Positions 6,638-15,104 of a stretch of 38,081 nt of DNA are shown here, in pieces (the stretch's first letter is position 1; every line of letters begins with the position of its first letter). Origin of the DNA: a virus (lineage: Duplodnaviria; Caudoviricetes); the IMG/VR virus record IMGVR_UViG_3300048599_000906, positions 1 to 38,081 of that record; one strand, written 5' to 3'. Below the pieces are notes generated by a model that saw nothing but the letters and a program-made list of their open reading frames with translations, ran no database searches and had not been told where the DNA came from. A program made the translations under genes and the position numbers.

Positions 6638-7165
6638 ATGAGCGGCACAGAAACAAATATGCAATTCGGTGATCAGCAGGATCTGATCCCAGCGGTCGAT
6701 CTCGGGCAGATTTACCTGACCACGCCCGAGGTTGCGGCATTGTACGGCGTGACCGAACGCGCGGTGCAGCTGTGGCATACGGAGCGGCAGTGGGTGAGCC
6801 CCGACCGTCGCGGTCTTTGGCGGCTTGCGGATGTAATCCTCGGCGTGTATGAGGGCCAGGCCGCGGCGATAAACAAGAAAAAGGGAGACGCCGGGTTTGA
6901 GCTTGATCAGCTGGAGCGGCGCGAACAGCGGGCGAAAACAGAGCGCGCGGAATTTGAGCTCGGGCGGGCGCGTGAACAATTTATAGACGCGGCTGAAGTG
7001 CGGCGGACGGCATTTGAGCAGGGCCGGACCGTGAGGGACGCGATTGAAAACATACCGTCCCGGATCTCCGCGCTGTTAGCCGCTGAAACCGATACACATA
7101 AAATCAAGGAGATGCTGCATGCAGAGCTGCATCAGGCCCTTGAAACCCTTACCACGGAGGCGTAA
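6638..7165 (+). CDS. Terminase small subunit (Nu1-like)
   Basis: N-terminal wHTH (TTPEVAALYGVTERAVQLW), coiled coil AKTERAEFEL, C-terminal IPSRISALLAAETD...LHQALE; upstream of terL. Confidence 0.8.
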   Translation: MSGTETNMQFGDQQDLIPAVDLGQIYLTTPEVAALYGVTERAVQLWHTERQWVSPDRRGLWRLADVILGVYEGQAAAINKKKGDAGFELDQLERREQRAKTERAEFELGRAREQFIDAAEVRRTAFEQGRTVRDAIENIPSRISALLAAETDTHKIKEMLHAELHQALETLTTEA

Positions 7166-7701
7166 TGGCACAGACTATTATCACTGCAAGCGGCCAATAT
7201 TTTAACCTGGAGACCCCTGAGCCCAGCGATATCAATATAGACGACATCGCGCATGCGCTCTCGAATATTTGCCGGTATACCGGTCACACCCGTGTTTTCT
7301 ACAGCGTAGCGCAGCATGCAACCCTCGTGAGCCGTGTCGTGCCTGAGGAGTGTGCATTATACGGCCTGCTGCATGACGCGGCAGAAGCATATATCGGTGA
7401 TGTATCGCGGCCGCTGAAGGCCCTGCTCCCAGACTATCGCCTTTTAGAAGTAGGTGTTGAAGCCGCGGTCTTCAGGCGTTTTCGCCTAACGCAGCCGATG
7501 CCCGCTGTAGTGAAACATGCCGACCTCGTTTTATTGCGCACAGAGCAACGCGATCTGCTGGGCGCTGACAGACATGTATGGCAGAGCACGGAAGGGTTAG
7601 AGCCCCTGCCTATCGTGATCGACCCCATGCCGCCCGCAGTGGCCCGCAATGCCTTCCTCGCCCGGTTTTATGAGTTGCTGCCGGCCGAAATAAAAATATA
7701 A
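7165..7701 (+). CDS. HD-superfamily phosphohydrolase (YfbR/YfdR-like)
   Basis: DIAHALSNICRYTGH..FYSVAQH...LLHDAAEAYIGD...VKHAD. Confidence 0.9.
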   Translation: MAQTIITASGQYFNLETPEPSDINIDDIAHALSNICRYTGHTRVFYSVAQHATLVSRVVPEECALYGLLHDAAEAYIGDVSRPLKALLPDYRLLEVGVEAAVFRRFRLTQPMPAVVKHADLVLLRTEQRDLLGADRHVWQSTEGLEPLPIVIDPMPPAVARNAFLARFYELLPAEIKI

Positions 7702-7712
7702 GGAGCGACGAT

Positions 7713-7958
7713 ATGAAGAAAAACGCACAGGCCTCTGCTTTGAACGTCCAGGAGGGCGGGGACCACTACAAAAAGATGGGCGCATATCAGCCCTGGGAGG
7801 TCCTGGCAAAATGGTTATCCCCGGCCGAGCTCAAGGGGTATGCCAAGGGCACGGCTGTCGCCTATCTGGCACGGGAAGAGAGCAAGGGCGGCCGCACAGA
7901 CATTAAAAAAGCGGCGCATACACTGCAGCTATACCTGGAGCTAACGGAAGGCAAGTAA
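7713..7958 (+). CDS. DUF3310-family protein
   Basis: QEGGDHY...QPWEV...GY.KG.A..Y..R...KGG..DIKKA.H.L. Confidence 0.82.
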   Translation: MKKNAQASALNVQEGGDHYKKMGAYQPWEVLAKWLSPAELKGYAKGTAVAYLAREESKGGRTDIKKAAHTLQLYLELTEGK

Positions 7959-7962
7959 CACT

Positions 7963-9963
7963 GTGACAGCAGCTGAAACATATAGAGCCGCATTCCTCGC
8001 CGGCATGAAGCCCACGGAGGACCTCACGGTTTCCGCCTGGGCTGATAAATACCGCATCATACCCAAAGAAGGCGGCGCAAAAGAGCCGGGCAGATGGAGG
8101 ACTTCGCGTGTGCCGTATTTGCGCGAAATAATGGACTGTCTGAGCGCGTCGAGCCCGGTTACGCGCGTTGTCGTAAAAAAAGGCACTCAGCTGGGCCTGA
8201 CAGAGGGCGGCAATAATATGTTCGGCTACACGGTGCACATAGACCCTGCCCCGATGATGATACTACTACCCACAATTGATATTGCAAAGCGGCACAGCAA
8301 GACAAAAGTAAAAAACACTATATTGCAAACGCCCGAGCTGGCAGAGCGCATTCCGGAAGCGCGTGAGCGCGACAGCGGCAACACGGTGCTCTTCAAGGAA
8401 TTCCCGGGCGGGTCGCTGATAATCTCCGGCGCGAACAGCGCGGCCAGCCTGCGCAATGTGAGCATAAAAAAGCTAATCCTGGACGAGGTGGACGCATACG
8501 AGCCCGACCTGGACAGCGAAGGCGACACCTGCCTGATCGCCATTAAACGCACCGACGCCTTCGGGGACGATAAAAAGGTGCTTGAAATGTCGACGCCTAC
8601 AATCAAAGGCGTCAGCCGCATTGACGCTGATTATGAGAATTCGGACCAGCGGCATTATCATGTGCCCTGCCCGTTTTGCGGACACAAACAGGAACTCGTC
8701 CAGGACGGGTTTGTATACGATGCCGACGATTTTGAACTGACAGGAGAGGTATATTACCGCTGCAGCTCTTGCAATGAGCTGATTGCAGAGCACCATAAAA
8801 CCTACATGCTCGGCAACGGAGAGTGGGTGGAGTACAACCCCGGACACAGAACGCGCGGATATCATCTGCCGTCGTGGTACTCTCCGCTGGGGTTCCTGTC
8901 ATGGCGCGAACTCTGGCAGGAATACCTGGACGCCCGGAAAAACATGGACATGCTTGCAATGAAGGTCTGGAAGAACACGCGCGCGGCCGAGGTATGGGAC
9001 GATGAGGAGCAACCCGCTATTGACAATGCTCAGTTGTACAATCGCCGGGAGGGGTACGGTATAACCGTGCCCATGGCCGGGCTCGTCCTGACCTGTACGG
9101 TAGACGTGCAGGACGATCGTCTTGAGGCGGAGATTAAAGCGCACGGCTTTAACGAGGAGAGCTGGACTATAGACTATGAGGTTATAGACGGTGTGCCTGA
9201 TCAGGCGGCGACCTGGGACAAACTGACGGAGCTGCGCCGGCGCACCTACTGGCACGAATCGGGCGCGCCCATGCGGGCGGCCATAACCCTGATCGATTCC
9301 GGCGGGCATTTTAGTCAGCAGGTCTATGACTATTGCCGCAAACACAGGCGGGAAAAGGTTTTCTGCAGCAAGGGCAGCCAATTCCCAGGGAAACCCATTT
9401 TCGAGCGCGCCAAGCGGCAAAAGGGCGGGCTCTCGGGCAAGGTCGATTTTTTTATCGGCACGGACACAGCAAAGGACACCCTTTTTGCCCGGCTCAACAG
9501 GGCCAGGCAGGCGGCGATAGAGACAGAGGTATTTTTACCCCTGACCGACAAGCCCGTGGAGATTTGCGCGTATTATTTGCATTTTAACGAGGCCTGCGAC
9601 GAGGAGTATTTCCGTCAGCTGGTCGCGGAAAAATCTGAGCGGCAAAAAATAGGCTCACGCATTAAACGTAAATATGTGCAAATCAGGGACCGTAACGAGG
9701 CGCTGGACGTGAACGTGCTGGCCCTGGCCGCAGTGCGCATATTGAAACCCAATTTCACGCAGCTCATCACCGCGCTGGCCAAGAAAAAGGCCTCTATGCC
9801 GCCGGCTACACCGCCCCTGCCCCAGGCAGCCTCGGCCGCGCAGGCAACTGCCGACAACCCGCCGCCGGAGAGCGCACAGGCCCCCAGGCCGATGAAACAG
9901 CGTATAAACAGGACAGTGATCGCCCGCGGCCGAGGCCGCGGCTGGATGAACGGATGGAGGTAA
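7963..9963 (+). CDS. Terminase large subunit (lambda GpA family)
   Basis: PGRWRTSRVPYLREIMD, KGTQLGLTE, LILDEVDAY, MSTPTIKG, CPFCG/CSSC, DVQDDRLE, RNEALD. Confidence 0.96.
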   Translation: MTAAETYRAAFLAGMKPTEDLTVSAWADKYRIIPKEGGAKEPGRWRTSRVPYLREIMDCLSASSPVTRVVVKKGTQLGLTEGGNNMFGYTVHIDPAPMMILLPTIDIAKRHSKTKVKNTILQTPELAERIPEARERDSGNTVLFKEFPGGSLIISGANSAASLRNVSIKKLILDEVDAYEPDLDSEGDTCLIAIKRTDAFGDDKKVLEMSTPTIKGVSRIDADYENSDQRHYHVPCPFCGHKQELVQDGFVYDADDFELTGEVYYRCSSCNELIAEHHKTYMLGNGEWVEYNPGHRTRGYHLPSWYSPLGFLSWRELWQEYLDARKNMDMLAMKVWKNTRAAEVWDDEEQPAIDNAQLYNRREGYGITVPMAGLVLTCTVDVQDDRLEAEIKAHGFNEESWTIDYEVIDGVPDQAATWDKLTELRRRTYWHESGAPMRAAITLIDSGGHFSQQVYDYCRKHRREKVFCSKGSQFPGKPIFERAKRQKGGLSGKVDFFIGTDTAKDTLFARLNRARQAAIETEVFLPLTDKPVEICAYYLHFNEACDEEYFRQLVAEKSERQKIGSRIKRKYVQIRDRNEALDVNVLALAAVRILKPNFTQLITALAKKKASMPPATPPLPQAASAAQATADNPPPESAQAPRPMKQRINRTVIARGRGRGWMNGWR

Positions 9964-10325
9964 ATATATTGCCCTCTGAGGCTGAGTATAAATGCAATTG
10001 CCCGCTTTGCTCAGGCAAATACAGGGACAAACATTTGTTATTACTATCCGAGGTTGCGGAGCTGATACGCCGCGACGAGCGCACCGTGCGCCGCTATATT
10101 GCCGAGGGCCTGCTTGTAGGGCACAACCCCTCGCGCAACGGCAAGGGCCTGATGGTTGTTGCCTCCTCGGTGCATAAATATTTTACCGAGTATGAGTTTA
10201 CGGGCGAAATCTCCGCAGACGCCGCCGGCACGGCGGCCCCTGCCCCTACCCCCACCACAACGCCTGCCGCCGCCCAGCGGCGCCCCCAGCGGCGGACATC
10301 GGGCGGCTGGGTACGCGGCTATTAA
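9954..10325 (+). CDS. Excisionase/MerR-type HTH DNA-binding protein with N-terminal CxCxxC
   Basis: LLLLSEVAELIRRDERTVRRYIAEGLL motif; overlaps the terL stop. Confidence 0.75.
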   Translation: MEVNILPSEAEYKCNCPLCSGKYRDKHLLLLSEVAELIRRDERTVRRYIAEGLLVGHNPSRNGKGLMVVASSVHKYFTEYEFTGEISADAAGTAAPAPTPTTTPAAAQRRPQRRTSGGWVRGY

Positions 10326-10356
10326 TTTTTACGGCCGGATCGGTTATAATCTCTTA

Positions 10357-10475
10357 TTGTCCGCTCTTTTTGGCCATCCGGCGCGCTGGTTGACCAAAAT
10401 TCGGGACCTCACATGTTGTAGGCTAGACAGGTCAACTCGCAGCGGCGAGAGCTACCACGGATAGCCGAGGAGGCA
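10357..10475 (+). ncRNA. Candidate structured RNA (long rod hairpin) downstream of a perfect -10 box
   Basis: TATAAT at 10345-10350; 10365-10380 pairs with 10458-10473; CGCTG/CAGCG and GTTGACC/GGTCAAC inner stems. Confidence 0.4.
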
Positions 10476-10498
10476 GCAGTACAGCATGGAGGTTTTTA

Positions 10499-10675
10499 AT
10501 GGTCGCGGACGAACAAGGCAATCTTGAGCTGTTTGACTTGCCGGTCTGGAAAAAGGATCTTGCAGCCGTGCTTGCCAGGCTCCCAGATATGGGGCAGAAA
10601 TTCACGGGCGAAGTGTTCCTGCATATGAACCAAGGGGGGGTCACGGAAATACGAGTTACAAAATACATAAAATAA
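10499..10675 (+). CDS. Small protein (58 aa) with a YezD/DUF2292-like C-terminal pattern
   Basis: GGAGG RBS; MVADEQGNLELFDLPVWKKDLAAVLARLPDMGQKFTGEVFLHMNQGGVTEIRVTKYIK; ends at the terminator. Confidence 0.65.
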   Translation: MVADEQGNLELFDLPVWKKDLAAVLARLPDMGQKFTGEVFLHMNQGGVTEIRVTKYIK

Positions 10676-10715
10676 AAGAAGGGGACCGCGGCAACCGCGG
10701 CCCCCTTCTTTTATT
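10671..10715. terminator. Bidirectional intrinsic terminator
   Basis: AATAAAAGAAGGGG-a-CCGCGG-caa-CCGCGG-c-CCCCTTCTTTTATT between convergent stops. Confidence 0.88.
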
Positions 10716-10887
10716 GTGGCTTCTTCTTTTTTACCCGCGCCTGAACCATAGCGCGGGCCTGTTCGGGCGTCAGTGTGCGGCGGCTTTTTTGCCCGCCCCT
10801 GGCCGAGAACTCTGCATGCGTTTTCTCGGCGATCTCGGCGACGTCGATTATTTCTCCGCATTTGGGACATTTAATAGTATTCCCCAT
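10711..10887 (-). CDS. Small basic protein (58 aa) with CPKC knuckle and RGG/KGG-like motif
   Basis: MGNTIKCPKCGEIIDVAEIAEKTHAEFSARGGQKSRRTLTPEQARAMVQARVKKKKPQ; TGATG overlap with the upstream gene. Confidence 0.7.
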   Translation of the reverse strand: MGNTIKCPKCGEIIDVAEIAEKTHAEFSARGGQKSRRTLTPEQARAMVQARVKKKKPQ

Positions 10888-11369
10888 CAGCCCGCCAACC
10901 TTCCTATTACGCGCTCTATCTCTGCACGGGCCTCAGATACGAGCTGGATTTTAGCGACGCTGCGTGACTCCTCCAGTTTTTTGGCTGCATCCTGGAGAGT
11001 TTGCAAATAATCGAGCAACGCGCTGCCGAGGCTGAGCTTGCCGGTTATATATTTCTCAAACGCGTCTTCGACACCCTCCTGGATCGAGCCAAGCGCAACG
11101 GCCCATATTTCTATCCACGCCGCCTCATACTGCGATAAAGCGCGGATTTTTTCGAGCATGGCGGTTTTGTCCACGCTCCATCTGCCCTCGTACCTGCCGG
11201 GGTAGAGATCAAAACTGTCCTCTACCTGACGGGTTAATCCGTCTCCGAGAAAGCCAGGGTTGAGGGCCGTGCTATTATAAATATCCAGCAGCATGCATTG
11301 TTCGCTGCGGCTGAATTTGCGGCGCGCGCTGTCTGCAGACTGTGAAATTGTTTCGATTAGCCGTAACAT
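10887..11369 (-). CDS. Hypothetical protein in the anti-CRISPR operon
   Basis: 160 aa; AGGAGG RBS; predicted helical. Confidence 0.75.
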   Translation of the reverse strand: MLRLIETISQSADSARRKFSRSEQCMLLDIYNSTALNPGFLGDGLTRQVEDSFDLYPGRYEGRWSVDKTAMLEKIRALSQYEAAWIEIWAVALGSIQEGVEDAFEKYITGKLSLGSALLDYLQTLQDAAKKLEESRSVAKIQLVSEARAEIERVIGRLAG

Positions 11370-11384
11370 ACGACCTCCTATATT

Positions 11385-11483
11385 TTATTTTCTTCCCATG
11401 TTTTTGGGCGGGGAGATCCCGCCCCTACGGTTTGTTTTTCTTTTTTTGCCTTTGCTTCTCTTCTTTTTCGAGGGCGCGGACAT
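11385..11483 (-). CDS. Possible very basic 32-aa peptide
   Basis: MSAPSKKKRSKGKKRKTNRRGGISPPKNMGRK fills the gap after the acrVA2-like stop; overlaps a GC hairpin. Confidence 0.3.
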   Translation of the reverse strand: MSAPSKKKRSKGKKRKTNRRGGISPPKNMGRK

Positions 11484-11485
11484 CG

Positions 11486-12496
11486 CTACGCCTTGACCCT
11501 CCTGACCGTGGCCGGCAAGCCGTCGAGATCCTCCAGGTTGACCGGGATAGGCGGCAACCATTTCAGTTCAATCTTTCGCATATCAGCCTGTGCCCTGGGG
11601 CCTGTCCAAAAACTATGCCAGTGCGAGCGTCTGATGTGCGGCCGCGGCGTCGCGTGATGCCCCGGCTCTGCCTGTGATGGCTCCCGTTCACTTTCCTGCG
11701 CCCGGCGGATCGCGGCGCCGATCCGCACGCCCACGTCCCACACGGTCGGCTGGTCGGCCTGGAATATCCGTGTTCCCCGTTTGGTCTTTTTTGGCTCGGG
11801 GTTGTGAGGGGCCCGGCTGCCGTCTCCGATCTCGGCATTTTGCGAGCAGAGATAGAGCAGCAGGGACACGAGCGGGGAGACGAGCCCTGCCATGTTGCGC
11901 GAAGTTTCCACATGCAAGACATCCTGCGGCATTCCGCACTTGTAGCACTCGTCGAAATACCGCTGGACGGATTCCGTGAGGCTCCATGCCCCCAAGTGCA
12001 GGGGGATCGGAAACAGACCCTTTGCCGTGTCAGTAAGCAGGCGCAGCTCTATGCGCCCGGTTTTCGCATCGCTTTCCAGGTGAGCGAAAAAACCGAATAG
12101 CTGAGAGTCTATATACATCACCCCGGGCGTTTCGATATATACGCACCATTCCGGCAGGCGAAAAAGAACCTGGTGCGGGATGTCGCCCTCAAGCGGAGTA
12201 GAAACGAGCGCGTCCTGAAGTGTTTTGTCGAAATGATATATCCCTTTTGTCACGCGCCATGCCGCAAGAGCTGATATATACGCAATATGCGGCATCACCT
12301 CGATGTGGCGCATTAGGTCGCGCGTGCCGGCCTTGAGCGCGACGATCTCACAAGCCGCCGCCGCAGGGCAAAAGCACCACTGCGGCCAGTCGGGCAGTTT
12401 CTCGCCCCTGCCGCTTCGGCAGAGATCAATAATTTTCCAGGCGTCGGGATACAGATGTCCGACCTCATCGAGGATTTCGACGGGGCGCGGGATCAT
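11486..12496 (-). CDS. acrVA2: AcrVA2/FinQ-family anti-CRISPR-like protein
   Basis: AWRVTKGIYHFD, LPEWCVYIE, LLLYLC, VGVRIGAAIRR and the C-terminal signature RPHIRRSHWHSFWTG...WLPPIPVN resemble AcrVA2 as recalled. Confidence 0.85.
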   Translation of the reverse strand: MIPRPVEILDEVGHLYPDAWKIIDLCRSGRGEKLPDWPQWCFCPAAAACEIVALKAGTRDLMRHIEVMPHIAYISALAAWRVTKGIYHFDKTLQDALVSTPLEGDIPHQVLFRLPEWCVYIETPGVMYIDSQLFGFFAHLESDAKTGRIELRLLTDTAKGLFPIPLHLGAWSLTESVQRYFDECYKCGMPQDVLHVETSRNMAGLVSPLVSLLLYLCSQNAEIGDGSRAPHNPEPKKTKRGTRIFQADQPTVWDVGVRIGAAIRRAQESEREPSQAEPGHHATPRPHIRRSHWHSFWTGPRAQADMRKIELKWLPPIPVNLEDLDGLPATVRRVKA

Positions 12497-12633
12497 ATGT
12501 TATCCGCCTCCCAGCGCGCTATGAGCGTGTCGAGCGCCCACGCTTCGATCGTCTGCCCGGCCGAGTCCGCCAACAGCGCGAACTCGCCGTACAGGGTTTC
12601 GTCAACTTCGAGTGTTATTGTCTTTTCCTTCAT
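12493..12633 (-). CDS. Ribbon-helix-helix regulator (46 aa), candidate autorepressor of the acr operon
   Basis: MKEKTITLEVDETLYGEFALLADSAGQTIEAWALDTLIARWEADNI (beta-helix-G-helix); AAGGAGGG RBS; ATGA overlap with the acrVA2-like gene. Confidence 0.7.
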   Translation of the reverse strand: MKEKTITLEVDETLYGEFALLADSAGQTIEAWALDTLIARWEADNI

Positions 12634-12666
12634 TAATCCCTCCTTTAGGGGCGGCGGACCTAGTCT

Positions 12667-12819
12667 TTATATAATTGTGCAAAGCTCTCTAATTTCCGTG
12701 CCTAGTTGTTCACTCCCAGTTATTTTCCAGCCAATTGCGCCAGCTCCACCTGTTATTACATTATTCAGACTCCAATCGTCTCCATCCGCACCGTTGTTTT
12801 GTATGTACCATATTTGCGG
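12667..12819 (-). pseudogene. 5'-truncated gene remnant
   Basis: Frame without a standard start: PQIWYIQNNGADGDDWSLNNVITGGAGAIGWKITGSEQLGTEIRELCTII*, preceded by an in-frame stop. Confidence 0.5.
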
Positions 12820-12873
12820 TTACGTTAGTCAAGTATTTTCCCGCAATTATTTTAATTTTTTTACAAATAAAAT

Positions 12874-12903
12874 GACAATGCCTGACAATGCCGGACAATG
12901 GCG
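12874..12903 (+). repeat. Three 10-bp tandem repeats GACAATG(C/G)CN upstream of the head operon; candidate activator sites
   Basis: gacaatgcct gacaatgccg gacaatggcg next to an AT-rich tract. Confidence 0.75.
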
Positions 12904-13017
12904 CCTATACAACCCCGAAAAGTTAAGCCAAAATCCTTTTGATGATTTGCGTACCCCTCTATTTTGCGAGGCGGGAGTTAACCCCCGCCTCAACCCTTAC
13001 CGGGATGGGAGGCTTGA

Positions 13018-13581
13018 ATGGCTGAGACAGCGACAATAATACCTCTCACAGTGACGAAGGGCGAGATCCTCACTTTTAAAAAAAGCCTGTCTGCCTATCC
13101 CGCGAGCGCGTATACGCTGAAATACTATTTTAAGGCCTCGGCAGCCGTTGCAGCGATAGAGGTCGCGGCCACTGCCGACGGCGATGATTACCTGATAAGC
13201 GCGGACACGACGAGCTGGACAGAGGGTGCGATATTTTACCAGGCGTTTGTCACGGCCACGGGCGTGAAAAAACTCGTCGACTCGGGCAGCCTGACGCTGC
13301 AGGCCAGCCTCATTTCCCTCGCGACCGCGCACGATGGCCGCTCACACGTAAAACGCACGCTTGACCTGCTGCGCACAGCCTTTGAGGGCAGGGCAACTGA
13401 GACAGACGAGGAATACGAGATCAACACGGGCTCAGGCAGCCGGCGGCTGAAAAGCATGACACACAAACAGCTGATCGACGCTATTACTCATTATGAAAAA
13501 CTCTACCGCAACGAGTTGCGTGTTGAACGCATAAAGGCGGGCTGCGGGATAGGCAATAAAAGGCTGGTGATCTTTAAATGA
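13018..13581 (+). CDS. Head-tail joining protein (gpW-like C-terminus)
   Basis: Immediately before portal; DGRSHVKRTLD...EYEINTGSGSRRLKSM...L. Confidence 0.7.
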   Translation: MAETATIIPLTVTKGEILTFKKSLSAYPASAYTLKYYFKASAAVAAIEVAATADGDDYLISADTTSWTEGAIFYQAFVTATGVKKLVDSGSLTLQASLISLATAHDGRSHVKRTLDLLRTAFEGRATETDEEYEINTGSGSRRLKSMTHKQLIDAITHYEKLYRNELRVERIKAGCGIGNKRLVIFK

Positions 13582-15104
13582 AACTATTCGGCTACAACTT
13601 TAGCGTGAGGAAAGCCCCGGCCAGGCAGGCGCGGAATTATGCGGCCGCCAAACAGTCGCGCATGACGGCCGACTGGTTGACAAACAACCTGACGGCTGAC
13701 GCGGTGTTGCGCTGGTCCCTGTCTCGGATGCGGGAACGCAGCCGCGACCTTGAGCAGAGTAATGACCACATGAAAAATTTCCTGCGCAAACTGCAAACTA
13801 ACGTGATCGGCGCGCAGGGCATAGGCATGCAGTCTAAGGTGCGGACTGCGGACGGCAAGCTCGACAAGGCGCTGAATCAGGCCGTTGAGCGCGTTTACAG
13901 AAAATACTGCAAGAAACAAAACGCTTCGGTTACCTGTACGCAGTCTCTCAAGGAGCTCTGCCGCACTGCTCTTACTACTATAGCGCGTGACGGAGAGGTC
14001 ATAATCCGCAAGGTGCGCGGCTATGACAACGCCTTCAGATATTCCCTGCAGCTGCTCGAATGCGATCATTTGGACGTGAACCTGAACAGGGCTCTGCCGA
14101 ACGGGAATGAGATAAAAATGGGCATCGAGTTTAACGCCTGGGGCAGGCCGGTCAATTACTATTTACTCGCAAACCACCCCGGCGCGCTGAATTCCACGTT
14201 CAAACCGCAACGGTATGTTGTAGTTCCTGCAGAGGACATAATACATATTTTTATCAAGGACAGGCCGTCTCAGTCGCGCGGTGTGCCGTGGGCGCATACG
14301 GCGATTATCCGCCTGCGGCAGCTGGGCGCATATGAAGAGGCGGCGGTAGTAAACGCCCGCTTCGGCGCCTCTAAAATGGGCTTTTATAAAAAAACGGTCG
14401 AGGACGCCACATACCCAGGCGAAATGCTGGACGCCGAGGGCGTCCCCCTGCCGGACCCGAATCTGCTGCTGGACGAGGTAGAGCCGGGCGCGCTGGAAGA
14501 GCTGCCGTATGGCGTTGACTTTACCGGGTTTGACCCCGCCTACCCCAACGGCGAATTCCCCTCTTTTGAAAAGGCGATGCTGCGCGGGATCGCCGCAGGC
14601 ATAGGCTGCAGCTACAACTCACTCGCCGGGGACCTGGAAGGCGTTAATTTCTCATCCCTGCGCTCAGGGCTGCTGGAGGAGCGCGACAACTGGAGGTTGA
14701 TACAGTGGTGGTTCATCGAAAACCTCCTGGACGCTATTTTCCCGGAAATCATCGAGATGGCGATCCTGACCGGGCAGCTGCAATATAGCTTCAGCAGGAT
14801 AGACAACCTGCTGGACCCGCGCTGGCAGCCGCGCACGTGGGATTGGGTTGATCCGCTGAAAGACATCCAGACGCGGGAGAAAGAGCTGGGCTTGAAGGTC
14901 ACCTCTCGTACCCGCATATGCGCGGAAAAGGGCAACGACTTTGAGGACATTGTGGACGAGCTCGCAGAGGAAGACGCGTTGCTTACAGAAAAGGGATTGT
15001 CGGCTGATTTGCCTGCAGAAACATCCGGTCCCGGACCCGAGCCCGACAAGGACGACGACGATAATAATGACAATAATTCTCCACAACGAGGGAGGGCATT
15101 TTGA
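13578..15104 (+). CDS. Portal protein, lambda family
   Basis: RERSRDL..N, DGEV, LQLLECDHL, QSRGVPW, VNFSSLRSGLLE, WDWVDPLKD. Confidence 0.95.
   Translation: MKLFGYNFSVRKAPARQARNYAAAKQSRMTADWLTNNLTADAVLRWSLSRMRERSRDLEQSNDHMKNFLRKLQTNVIGAQGIGMQSKVRTADGKLDKALNQAVERVYRKYCKKQNASVTCTQSLKELCRTALTTIARDGEVIIRKVRGYDNAFRYSLQLLECDHLDVNLNRALPNGNEIKMGIEFNAWGRPVNYYLLANHPGALNSTFKPQRYVVVPAEDIIHIFIKDRPSQSRGVPWAHTAIIRLRQLGAYEEAAVVNARFGASKMGFYKKTVEDATYPGEMLDAEGVPLPDPNLLLDEVEPGALEELPYGVDFTGFDPAYPNGEFPSFEKAMLRGIAAGIGCSYNSLAGDLEGVNFSSLRSGLLEERDNWRLIQWWFIENLLDAIFPEIIEMAILTGQLQYSFSRIDNLLDPRWQPRTWDWVDPLKDIQTREKELGLKVTSRTRICAEKGNDFEDIVDELAEEDALLTEKGLSADLPAETSGPGPEPDKDDDDNNDNNSPQRGRAF

Noticed and set aside
7165-7701. 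DatZ of a 2-aminoadenine (Z-genome) pathway
   Set aside because: No PurZ gene in the window; the motifs fit the common prophage YfdR-like family
10357-10475. 6S RNA, SRP RNA or a known riboswitch
   Set aside because: Too short for 6S and lacks the SRP or riboswitch consensus motifs I can recognise; kept only as an unclassified candidate
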